From an uncultured Chloroflexia bacterium (GTDB taxonomy: Bacteria > Chloroflexota > Anaerolineae > CG2-30-64-16), in NCBI GenBank assembly GCA_963810095.1, contig CAWEMM010000010.1:192001-256000 (forward strand): DNA of 64,000 nt, read 5' to 3'. Positions 38,395-47,001 of this stretch are shown in pieces; the stretch's first letter is position 1, and each line of letters starts with the position of its first letter. Under the pieces are notes generated by a model, which saw nothing but the letters and a program-made list of their open reading frames with translations, searched no databases and was not told where the DNA came from. The position numbers and the translations under genes are program-made.

Positions 38395-40047
38395 ATGCCC
38401 CGAGAGAAGTGGGACGGAAGCAAAGCGCAGGTTGGCTCGCCGGTGATGTTGCCGGGCGCGCACAACGGATCCGCCCCGAGCCCAAACGGTTTTTCACCAC
38501 GGAGCATGCCGCCTGCGCCCGACCAGGCGCGGCATGCGAAGCTGGATGCGGTTACCGACCCCCACCATTGGACGTACAAGGTTCCCGGCGTTCTGACGCT
38601 GCTGGCCTGCCTGATCTTTGCAGCCGTGGGTATTTACGATCCGGACAACGTATTCTGGGTCGTGCAGGTGCTCGGGCTGTACCTGCTGTTCCGCTTTCTC
38701 CTCGTGGTCGTGTTTTACCCGGTCGGTCAGTGGCGTATTCACCGGCTCGAGCGGAAACCGGCACCCACGCGTGCAGAAGCGCTTGCCGTTCCTGCCGGCC
38801 TGACTGCGCCCGTGCACCATGTGATCATTCTGGCGAACTTCAAGGAGCCGGAGGTCGTGGTCGCGCGCACCCTCGAACGGCTCGCGCAGCAAGCCAATGC
38901 GCGCCAAACCCTCACGGTAGTCATGGCGATGGAGGACGCGGAGCCGGGTTCGCAGCAGAAGGGCGAGCGGCTCAAGCGGCGCTTCGGGCAGTATTTCGCG
39001 CACATGTTGGTGACGGTTCATCCGCGGGGGCTGCCGGGCGAGGCGCCCGGTAAGGGTTCCAACCAGGCATGGGCCGCACGGCGCGCCAAGGAATACCTGG
39101 TCGACGGTCTGGGCCTCCCGCTGGCGTCGCTGACCATTACGTCGTGCGACGCGGATTCGCTCATCCATCCCGCCTACTTTGCCGAGCTGGGGCGGCAGTT
39201 CGCGGCTGACGAGCGACGCCACGAGCGGCTGTGGCAGGCACCGTTCCGCTTCAACAACAACATCTGGCGCTCTCCCGCGCCCATTCGCCTGCTGGGCTTC
39301 CTGAACAACATGGTCCAGGTTTCCGAGCTTGCCAATCCGCTGGCCGTGAACATGCCGCTGAGCACCTACTCGCTCAGCTTCCAGCTCCTCGACGACGTCG
39401 GGTACTGGGACGAAATGGTTATCGCCGAGGATTGGCACATCCTCCTGCGCTGCCTCTACGCCACCTACGGCCGTGTCACCCTGCAGCCCGTCTTCCTGCC
39501 CACTTGCGGCGATTCGGTCACGGGCGACTCGATCTGGGAAGCCTTCCGCATCTTCTATAAGCAGCGGCTGCGGCATGCGTGGGGCGCCAGCGATATCGGC
39601 TACATGCTCCAGCAGTGGAACCGCTGGCCGGGGACGCCGTTTTGGCCCAAGGCCGTTACGCTCGCCAAGGTGCTCCACGACCACATCGTCTTTACGATCG
39701 CCGGCCTGCTGCTCGGGCTCGGCTCGATCGTGATGGTGCTGCAGCACGGCCTGCTCGCCGTCGCCGCGCCGTTTCCCGGCCTGTACACGTTCCTGCTCCA
39801 GTCGGGCAACGGCCTGACGGCGGTGGGCACCGCGGGCGCGTGGTTGTACGAGCACCTGACGAGCCGGCGCGAAAGCCCTGGTTGGCGCCCCGATCATCTG
39901 TTTTCTGAAGCGCTCACGTGGATCGTGCTGGCCCCCTGCACGCTGTTCCTGGTAATCGTGCCCACGTTCGAGGCCCAGTTCCGCCAGATGTTTGGCGGCG
40001 ATCTCGTGTTCTGGCGCACGCCGAAAAAGGCAGTCGATACGCGGTAG
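38395..40047 (+). CDS. Membrane glycosyltransferase family 2
   Basis: GKGSN, CDADS, IAEDWH, QRLRHAWG, flanking TM helices. Confidence 0.85.
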   Translation: MPREKWDGSKAQVGSPVMLPGAHNGSAPSPNGFSPRSMPPAPDQARHAKLDAVTDPHHWTYKVPGVLTLLACLIFAAVGIYDPDNVFWVVQVLGLYLLFRFLLVVVFYPVGQWRIHRLERKPAPTRAEALAVPAGLTAPVHHVIILANFKEPEVVVARTLERLAQQANARQTLTVVMAMEDAEPGSQQKGERLKRRFGQYFAHMLVTVHPRGLPGEAPGKGSNQAWAARRAKEYLVDGLGLPLASLTITSCDADSLIHPAYFAELGRQFAADERRHERLWQAPFRFNNNIWRSPAPIRLLGFLNNMVQVSELANPLAVNMPLSTYSLSFQLLDDVGYWDEMVIAEDWHILLRCLYATYGRVTLQPVFLPTCGDSVTGDSIWEAFRIFYKQRLRHAWGASDIGYMLQQWNRWPGTPFWPKAVTLAKVLHDHIVFTIAGLLLGLGSIVMVLQHGLLAVAAPFPGLYTFLLQSGNGLTAVGTAGAWLYEHLTSRRESPGWRPDHLFSEALTWIVLAPCTLFLVIVPTFEAQFRQMFGGDLVFWRTPKKAVDTR

Positions 40048-40052
40048 CGGCC

Positions 40053-40130
40053 AACACCACAAAGACACCAAGACATAAAGCGCGACCAAGACGCTTCGTG
40101 ATACTTTGTGTCTTCGCGTCCCGGTGGTGA
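40053..40130. repeat. CACAAAG-family palindrome
   Basis: caccacaaagacaccaagacataaag...ctttgtgtcttcgcgtcccggtggtg. Confidence 0.65.
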
Positions 40131-40153
40131 GAGTCTGAATGAGGAGCGTACAA

Positions 40154-41740
40154 ATGCCATTTGAGAGAGCAAGCGGCATCCTTTGCCACCCGACGTCATT
40201 CCCGTCGCGCTTCGGCATCGGCGACCTGGGTAAGGGCGCCTGGGATTTCGTCAATTGGTTGGCCGACGCCAAGCAGCAGCTATGGCAGGTGCTCCCACTC
40301 GGTCCGACCGGCTACGGCGACTCGCCCTATCAGTGCTTCTCTGCGTCGGCCGGCAACCCCATGCTCATTAGCCCCGAGGGGCTGGCCCACTCCGGGCTGT
40401 TGCCGCACACGGCGCTCCTCGACACCCCGTACTTCCCCCGCGAGCGGGTCGACTTCGGCCCGGTCATCGAGTTCAAGCAGCGGCTGCTGCGCGAGTCGTA
40501 CGCGTACTTCAAAAGCCATGCCACGGAAGCTCAGCGGGCCGGCCTGGAGTGGTTCAGGGAGCAGAACGCTGCCTGGCTCGAGGATTTCGCGCTCTTCATG
40601 GCCATCAAGGCGCATTTCGGCGGCGGCAGCTGGCACGATTGGCCCCGTGAGATCCGGTTGCGCGAGCCCGGCCCCCTCGGCGCGCTCGCGGCTGAACTCA
40701 CAGACGAGGCCGGCTACCACGTCTTTCTTCAGTGGGCTTTCTGGGACCAGTGGAAGGCGCTGAAGGATCAGTGCGCGGCGAAGGGCATCCGGATCATCGG
40801 CGACGTCCCCATTTTTGTTGCGGAAGATTCGGCAGACGTCTGGGCAAATCCCGAGCAGTTCCATTTGGACGCAGAAGGCAGCCCGACCGTGATCGCCGGT
40901 GTGCCCCCCGACCTTTTCTCGGCCGACGGGCAGCGCTGGGGCAACCCGCACTATAATTGGGACCAGATGCAGCGGGACGGCTTCAAGTGGTGGATCGGCC
41001 GGATTCAGCAGACGCTGCGCTTTGTCGACATCGTGCGGGTCGATCATTTCCGGGGCTTCGCGGCCGCGTGGGAGATTCCTGCCGGCGAGGCCACCGCCGT
41101 CAAAGGCAAGTGGGTGAAGGCGCCCGGCCACGACCTGTTCGTCGCGGTGCGGGACGCGCTGGGCGACCTGCCGTTCATTGCGGAGGACCTGGGCGTGATC
41201 ACGCCCGACGTGGACGCGTTGCGGCTCGAGTTCGGCCTGCCGGGAATGAAGGTGCTGCAGTTCGCGTTCGGGATGGAGCTGAACCCCCAGTACCTGCCGC
41301 ACAACTTCGAGCACAACTACGTCGTGTATCCGGGCACGCACGACAACAACACGACCCTGGGCTACTACTGGGAGCCCGAGCGCTCGGAGGTCGAGCGCGA
41401 TCACATCCGCCGCTACTTCCGCACAGACGCCCACGAGATTGCGTGGGACTTTATCACGGCGGCGTGGTCGAGCGTGGCCGACCTGGCCATCGCAACCTTG
41501 CAGGACGTGTTCAACCTTGGCGCCGAAGCCCGCATGAATTTCCCGTCGCACGCCAGCGGAAACTGGCACTGGCGCTACACCGAGGAAATGCTGGCGCCCG
41601 ACATCAGCCGGCGGCTGGCCGACCTGACGACGATCTACGGGCGTGCGCGGCCTGAGCCGAAGGCGGTCCCGCAAGCGGGCGAGGAAGAGGAAGTAAAGTC
41701 GCCTTGGCCCAAGGGGTACCCGATCCCGGAGAGCGCCTAA
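40154..41740 (+). CDS. malQ: 4-alpha-glucanotransferase
   Basis: GIGDLG, WQVLPLGPT, GQRWGNP, RVDHFRG, AEDLG, GTHDN. Confidence 0.96.
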   Translation: MPFERASGILCHPTSFPSRFGIGDLGKGAWDFVNWLADAKQQLWQVLPLGPTGYGDSPYQCFSASAGNPMLISPEGLAHSGLLPHTALLDTPYFPRERVDFGPVIEFKQRLLRESYAYFKSHATEAQRAGLEWFREQNAAWLEDFALFMAIKAHFGGGSWHDWPREIRLREPGPLGALAAELTDEAGYHVFLQWAFWDQWKALKDQCAAKGIRIIGDVPIFVAEDSADVWANPEQFHLDAEGSPTVIAGVPPDLFSADGQRWGNPHYNWDQMQRDGFKWWIGRIQQTLRFVDIVRVDHFRGFAAAWEIPAGEATAVKGKWVKAPGHDLFVAVRDALGDLPFIAEDLGVITPDVDALRLEFGLPGMKVLQFAFGMELNPQYLPHNFEHNYVVYPGTHDNNTTLGYYWEPERSEVERDHIRRYFRTDAHEIAWDFITAAWSSVADLAIATLQDVFNLGAEARMNFPSHASGNWHWRYTEEMLAPDISRRLADLTTIYGRARPEPKAVPQAGEEEEVKSPWPKGYPIPESA

Positions 41741-41770
41741 CAGCCTTTTGCAGAGTAACTTTGCCTTCTG

Positions 41771-41803
41771 AAAGCCGGGCCTCACGGGGCCTGGCTTTTG
41801 TTT
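41771..41803 (+). terminator. Intrinsic terminator after malQ
   Basis: aaagccgggcctc acg gggcctggctttt gttt. Confidence 0.7.
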
Positions 41804-41843
41804 GTCCACGTTGTGCCATGCACGGTAGCGCAGGCGCGCGTCC

Positions 41844-41878
41844 CGCTATGTTGACAGGGCATAGCGCCGGCGTATAAT
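41844..41878 (+). promoter_or_regulatory. tupA promoter (TTGACA-16-TATAAT) overlapped by a ModE-like palindrome CGCTATG-N9-CATAGCG
   Basis: Palindrome at 41844-41866 straddles the -35 box. Confidence 0.65.
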
Positions 41879-41911
41879 TGTGCCACCGCAAATATACACC
41901 GGAGGAAATCC

Positions 41912-42892
41912 ATGTCCCGACGCTTCACGCTTCTGCTCACGCTGGTGATTCTGCTGACGACCGTCCTGTCCGCTTGCGCGCCGGCCGCCTCCACGCCGGC
42001 AGCACCCGCCCCCACTTCCGCGGCTGCTGCACCAGCGACCGCACCCGAGCCAACCCAGGCGCCCAAGGCCACCACGGCGCCACAGCCGACGTCCCCCCGA
42101 CCGGCAAGCGCCGATCCGACCCGGCTGATCCTGGCGACGACGACGAGCACGGCCGACTCGGGCCTCCTTGATGACATTCTGCCCGATTTCGAGAAGCAGA
42201 ATAATGCGAAGGTGGACGTGATCGCCGTGGGCACGGGCCAGGCGCTGGAGATCGGCGGCCGGGGCGATGCCGACGTGCTGCTGGTGCACAGCCGCAAGGG
42301 CGAGGATCAGTTTGTCAAAGACGGCAACGCCAAGCAGCGTTTCGACGTGATGTACAACGACTTTATCGTGGTGGGCCCGAAGGATGATCCGGCGAAGATC
42401 AAGGGCATGGCTGCGGCCAAGGAGGCCTTCAAGGCCATTGCCGACGCACAGGCCACCTTTGTGAGCCGCGGCGATAAGTCGGGGACGAACACGAAGGAAC
42501 TGGGCATCTGGTCGAGCATCCCATTGACGCCCACCAAAGACATGCCGTGGTACAACTCGATCGGCCAAGGGATGGGCGATACTCTGCTCTTCGCAAACGA
42601 GAAGGGCGGCTACACCCTGGCCGACCGCGGCACTTACCTTTCCATGAAGGACAAGCTTCCGGGGCTCGACGTGCTGCTGGGGGGCGCGAGCCTGCCGGAA
42701 AACAAGGACAAGTCGCTGCTGAACCCCTACGGCGTGCTGCCCGTCAGCCCCGAGAAGTTCCCGGCGGTTAACGCGGCGCTGGCCCAGAAGTTCGTGGAAT
42801 GGATCCTCTCGCCCGCGGTCCAGAAGATGATCGGCGAGTACGGGGTGGACAAGTTCGGCCAGCCGTTGTTCTACGCGAACGCAAAGCAGTAA
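41912..42892 (+). CDS. tupA: Tungstate ABC transporter substrate-binding lipoprotein
   Basis: Lipobox LSAC, ATTTSTADSGLL, GTGQAL, SRGDKSGT, NPYG. Confidence 0.9.
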   Translation: MSRRFTLLLTLVILLTTVLSACAPAASTPAAPAPTSAAAAPATAPEPTQAPKATTAPQPTSPRPASADPTRLILATTTSTADSGLLDDILPDFEKQNNAKVDVIAVGTGQALEIGGRGDADVLLVHSRKGEDQFVKDGNAKQRFDVMYNDFIVVGPKDDPAKIKGMAAAKEAFKAIADAQATFVSRGDKSGTNTKELGIWSSIPLTPTKDMPWYNSIGQGMGDTLLFANEKGGYTLADRGTYLSMKDKLPGLDVLLGGASLPENKDKSLLNPYGVLPVSPEKFPAVNAALAQKFVEWILSPAVQKMIGEYGVDKFGQPLFYANAKQ

Positions 42893-42997
42893 GGGGGCAG
42901 CGGCAGCACTGACCCCTGCCGTGGACAAGACAAACCCGGTCTCGGAACGCCGCCGTAGCGAGCGCGAAACCGGGTTTGTTATTTGCGGCGAACTGCC

Positions 42998-43974
42998 TTA
43001 GCGGTTCATGCCGCTGCTGAGATTCTGCTTCTGAGCCTCGTCCTTGGCGGTTTCCTTTGCAGCGTTGGCGGCTTCAGTCGCCACATGCTGCACCTTCTGC
43101 GCCGTATCCGAAGCCACTTCCTGCGCGCGATCCATGATGCGGTCGCGGGTTTCGCCCATGATCTCGTTTTCCTTCTCGGTGCTCGGGAAGGCAAACCCGA
43201 TCAGCGCGCCCAGCGCGGCTGCCGCTGCCCCGATGACGAGGGGATTCTCCTGCATCATGTCGCCGACCCGGCTGCCCACCCGCTGGGCCCGGTATTGGGC
43301 CTGGTGCGCAACCTGCTCCGCAGTGTCCTTCGCGTTCGATGCGACATCCTGGACCGCACCGGCGGCCTGGCCCGCAACATCCTGAACCTTGCTGGTCGCC
43401 TGGTGCGCCACGTCCTGCACCTTGTCTCCGGCCTGGCCCACCACCTCGCCCGCGTGCGCGGACATCCTGCTGGCCCTGGCCTTCGCGCAGGTGCGGCTGG
43501 TCGTAGGGCCCCGACCGGCGGCCATACTCGTCGTAGCTGTAGCCGTAATCATAGCCGCCGCGGCCGTAGCGCTCATCGTTCAGATAGTAGCGGTCGCCCT
43601 GGCGGCTGTCCCGGCGCAGGCGCCGTTCGCCCCCATTGTTCCGGCTCTCCATGAATAACCAACCCAGGCCCACCGCGGCCAGCACTGCCGGCGCGGGATT
43701 GCGCTTAATAGTCTCGAACACGTCGTTACTTGCTCCTTTCACTTTCCACTTCGCATCATCTGCCGCCTCTTCAACCCGTCCAAGGGTCGCTTGGCGCACC
43801 GATCCCACCGCTTGGTCTCGGATGTTCTGCGGGCTAAGCTTTTCCTGAATCGCCGCCATCGTCGCGCTCATGTCTTCACGCGTCGCCGCGAATTTCCGCC
43901 CGAATGGCATCAGGATCATCTTGGGCCTTGGATTTCGCCTCGTCGGCGTTTATTTTGCTTGACTCTGCAGCCAT
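42998..43974 (-). CDS. DUF3618-type membrane-associated helical protein (frameshifts ~43890 and ~43490)
   Basis: DPDAIRAEI..TREDMSATMAAIQEKLSP, NPAPAVLAAVGLGWL, ENPLVIGAAA..FPSTEKEN. Confidence 0.7.
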
Positions 43975-44342
43975 TCTTTGTTCTCCTTCATCGTCGTCAT
44001 CGTCTTCTCAGGTTTCAGCTTGTCCGCTTTCAGGTCGTTCAGCCCCTTCTGGATTACCAGGTAGCCGATCAGCCCGACGATCACGCCGACGACGACCGCG
44101 GCCACCCAGATAGGCACCCATTGAGCCAGGACAAGGATGATCCCGGCGATGATCGCCAGGAGCCCCGCGTAGACGACAAAGCCGCCCACGGCGATGAAGC
44201 CGGCCGCCTTGCCCGCCTGCTTGCCCTTTTCCGTCACTTCAGCCTTGGCCAGCCGCACCTGCTGCGAAATCAGCTGGTTCGTCTGGTCCTTGAGTTCGTT
44301 GAACAGGTCCCCCAGCGCGCGGTCTTCGATTACCTCTTGCAT
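43950..44342 (-). CDS. Phage-holin-like (DUF1469/YhjD) membrane protein
   Basis: LISQQVRLAKAE, two TM, PEKTMTTMKE. Confidence 0.8.
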   Translation of the reverse strand: MQEVIEDRALGDLFNELKDQTNQLISQQVRLAKAEVTEKGKQAGKAAGFIAVGGFVVYAGLLAIIAGIILVLAQWVPIWVAAVVVGVIVGLIGYLVIQKGLNDLKADKLKPEKTMTTMKENKEWLQSQAK

Positions 44343-44362
44343 GCCATATCCTCCTCGGAAGC

Positions 44363-45169
44363 TCAGGCCTGGCTCGATCCCGCGCCGCCACCCGTGATCT
44401 CATCGTCGTCTCGCAGCCACGCGGCGTCGTCGATGTCGTTGCTCGTGGCGCCTGACTCGCGCTGCCGGCGGTTCGAAGCGCGTTCGCGACCCGCGGTGAT
44501 GTCATCGGCGCCCATGCCCGTGGCGCTTCCGAAGTCGCTCCCCGAGGTCGAGGTGCGATAGCCGCCCGTGCCGGTGCTGCGGTAGTCGATGCCTTCGCCG
44601 CTCCATGTGCCGCGGTCATACCCGCCGGGGCCCATGCCGGTGCGGCCGTAATCGCCCTGGCCGAAACCGGACTGGCCGTAGTTCGCGCGGTAGCCGTATT
44701 GGCCGTAGTCCTGGTCGCGCATCTGCGAGCGGCGGCTCGAGGCCTTCAGGAAGCGAGAGGCGAGCAGGCCCAGCAAGACTGCGCCACCCAGGAAGACCTC
44801 GGGTTCGCGGCGTGCGAATTGTTCGGCTTCAGACAGCAGCTGGTCGACGCTCTTGGTGCGCAGCTGTTCCGAAATCTGGTCGATCGTGTCGGCCGCCCGG
44901 TGGGCATACTGCCCCAACGCGCCCTGCTCGCCGCCCTGCAGGCTATCGCCGGTTTGGTGCAGCGCCTGTGCGACGCTGCCAAGACCGTCGGCCGCCTTGC
45001 CCTTCTGCTGATCCATCATCTGGAACGCGTTGCCGCGCACCTGCTCCACGACCTGCCCGGTCTGCTGCCGGGCCTGGTCGACGACCTCGCCGGACTTTTG
45101 CGCCAGGTCGTTCTTCATCTGGCCCATGCCTTCCTGGCCTTCGCTACCCATCGATCCGTAACCACTCAT
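44363..45169 (-). CDS. Hypothetical helical protein of the DUF3618/holin-like cluster
   Basis: FARREPEVFLGGAVLLGLLASRFLKAS; G/Y-rich tail. Confidence 0.75.
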   Translation of the reverse strand: MSGYGSMGSEGQEGMGQMKNDLAQKSGEVVDQARQQTGQVVEQVRGNAFQMMDQQKGKAADGLGSVAQALHQTGDSLQGGEQGALGQYAHRAADTIDQISEQLRTKSVDQLLSEAEQFARREPEVFLGGAVLLGLLASRFLKASSRRSQMRDQDYGQYGYRANYGQSGFGQGDYGRTGMGPGGYDRGTWSGEGIDYRSTGTGGYRTSTSGSDFGSATGMGADDITAGRERASNRRQRESGATSNDIDDAAWLRDDDEITGGGAGSSQA

Positions 45170-45438
45170 CTCCAATACCTCCATCGAATACACCCCGGCT
45201 GCGCCGGGCCTTAGTGCCCCCGCACTCAACAACCGGGCGGGAACATCGCAACCAATACACCCATCGTATGGTACGATCAACTAATCATGATCAACATAAC
45301 CACTGTTACATTCAAATGGTTCCAGCAAGAACAAAAAGTCCCCGGTTTGCTCGAGAACCCAGGGACTTTAGGCATTGACTCCCGCGCGAACATGGCATAC
45401 ACTACCGCCCAGGTCAACGACTTCACGGGAAAGCCGGG

Positions 45439-46371
45439 ATGATCCGCATGGCATACCTCATCGACGGCCACAACCTCATCGGCATCCTGCCCAACATCTC
45501 GCTGGCCCAGCCCGACGACGAGGCCCGGCTGATCGACTTGTTGCTCTCGTACCGCGCCCGGGGCGCGGGCGACATGGTCGTCTTTTTCGACAGCAATCCC
45601 CTCGGCCCCGCTACTTACGCTGCCACACTTGCCAAGCCCCTGGTGTCGCGGCCCGGCATCGAGGTACACTACGCACCGCACGGCAAGACCGCGGACGACG
45701 CCATCGTGGACTTCCTGCGCGCTGCCCGGCAGCCGGGCCAGTACGCCGTCGTCACCAACGATGCCGGCCTGATCGCCCGGGTGAAAGCGCTGGGCGCGAG
45801 CGTGTTGCGCGCCAACGAGTTCTCGGCGCAAATGGCCCGGCGGATGGGCTCGCACAAGACAAAAAAGGACCAGGCGGCCTCGATGGGCGACGCGCCCGCA
45901 CCCAATCCCCGCAGCCCAGCCTTTGCCGACCTCTACGACGAGTTCCTGGCCGCGGAACGGGCGGCAAAGCCCTCGGGCCGCCCGCACATCGAAATCGCCA
46001 CTCTCATCGAACGCCTCTACACGGGCGATCCACAGCTCCAGGAGCAGTCGGCGCGGGCGCTCGGGCAGTCCCGCGACCCCCGCGCGATCCCCCCCTTGCG
46101 CGATGCGCTGACGTCGAAAGATTCCGGGCTGCGGGCAGCGGCCGCGCTGGCGCTGGGTGCGCTCCGCAATCAAGCGCCCCTGAACGACCTGGTCGCGCTG
46201 CTGAGCGAGGACGGCAACAGCATGGTGCGCGAGGCCGCGGCGCAAGCGCTCGGCTCGATCGGCAGCACCAAGGCCCTCCCCGCCCTGGATCTGGCCGCCG
46301 AGCAGGACGCCAAGAGCAAGGTGCGCAAGGCCGCCCGGGCTTCTTCAGAAGCAATCCGCGCACGCCGGTAG
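45439..46371 (+). CDS. YacP-like NYN RNase domain fused to HEAT repeats
   Basis: YLIDGHNL, VFFD, TADDAI, VVTND; C-terminal RAAAALALG and REAAAQALG repeats. Confidence 0.82.
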   Translation: MIRMAYLIDGHNLIGILPNISLAQPDDEARLIDLLLSYRARGAGDMVVFFDSNPLGPATYAATLAKPLVSRPGIEVHYAPHGKTADDAIVDFLRAARQPGQYAVVTNDAGLIARVKALGASVLRANEFSAQMARRMGSHKTKKDQAASMGDAPAPNPRSPAFADLYDEFLAAERAAKPSGRPHIEIATLIERLYTGDPQLQEQSARALGQSRDPRAIPPLRDALTSKDSGLRAAAALALGALRNQAPLNDLVALLSEDGNSMVREAAAQALGSIGSTKALPALDLAAEQDAKSKVRKAARASSEAIRARR

Positions 46372-46470
46372 CTTCCGCTTATTTCGCATCCTCCCGACCC
46401 GGCGCCTCGCGCGACTGCATGACTCTTCTGACTTTGTAACTCCCCTGACTTCATTCAATTTATCCCAGGA

Positions 46471-46502
46471 TTAGAATGGGTCTAAACTTAGAACGATTCT
46501 AG
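46471..46502 (+). promoter_or_regulatory. Two tandem Per/Fur-type 7-1-7 boxes
   Basis: TTAGAATGGGTCTAA (46471-46485) and TTAGAACGATTCTAG (46488-46502) immediately before the Fur-family gene. Confidence 0.7.
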
Positions 46503-46518
46503 ATAGGGCAAATGACGT

Positions 46519-47001
46519 ATGGATCGCACGCTTCAGTTGATCGCCGCGCTGCGCGCGACGGGCTATCGCATTACCCCGCAGCGCGTCGAGATTTGCCGCG
46601 CCCTGGCGGAGAGCCGCACGCACCCGTCGCCCCAGACGATTTACCGGCAGATCAGCGAGAAGTTTCCGGGCATCAGCCAGGCGACCGTGTATAACACGCT
46701 GACGGTCCTGCGGGATTTGGGTGAGGTCGTCGAGGTTGGGCTGGGGCAGGACCGGACGCACTACGAGCCGCACCCGGAACCGCACGCGAACCTGATTTGT
46801 GTGCGCTGCGGCAAGATCGAGGACATCGACGACCCGCAGGTCGCCGCGCTGAGCGCGCAGCTGGCGTCGCGGCAGGGCCTCCGGATCAAGGCGGCCCACA
46901 TGGACATTTACGGATTCTGTAACGAGTGTGAGTCAGTGGTAGACAACGAGCACGGAGTAGCGAAAGAGCGTAGCGAGGGTGAAGATGGGGATCAACCGTG
47001 A
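46519..47001 (+). CDS. Fur-family regulator, PerR-like
   Basis: RITPQR, HPS, ATVYNTL, HANLICVRCG, CNEC. Confidence 0.9.
   Translation: MDRTLQLIAALRATGYRITPQRVEICRALAESRTHPSPQTIYRQISEKFPGISQATVYNTLTVLRDLGEVVEVGLGQDRTHYEPHPEPHANLICVRCGKIEDIDDPQVAALSAQLASRQGLRIKAAHMDIYGFCNECESVVDNEHGVAKERSEGEDGDQP

Noticed and set aside
43950-44342. Prophage suggested by a holin-like gene
   Set aside because: This family occurs in chromosomal DUF3618 clusters; no phage genes nearby
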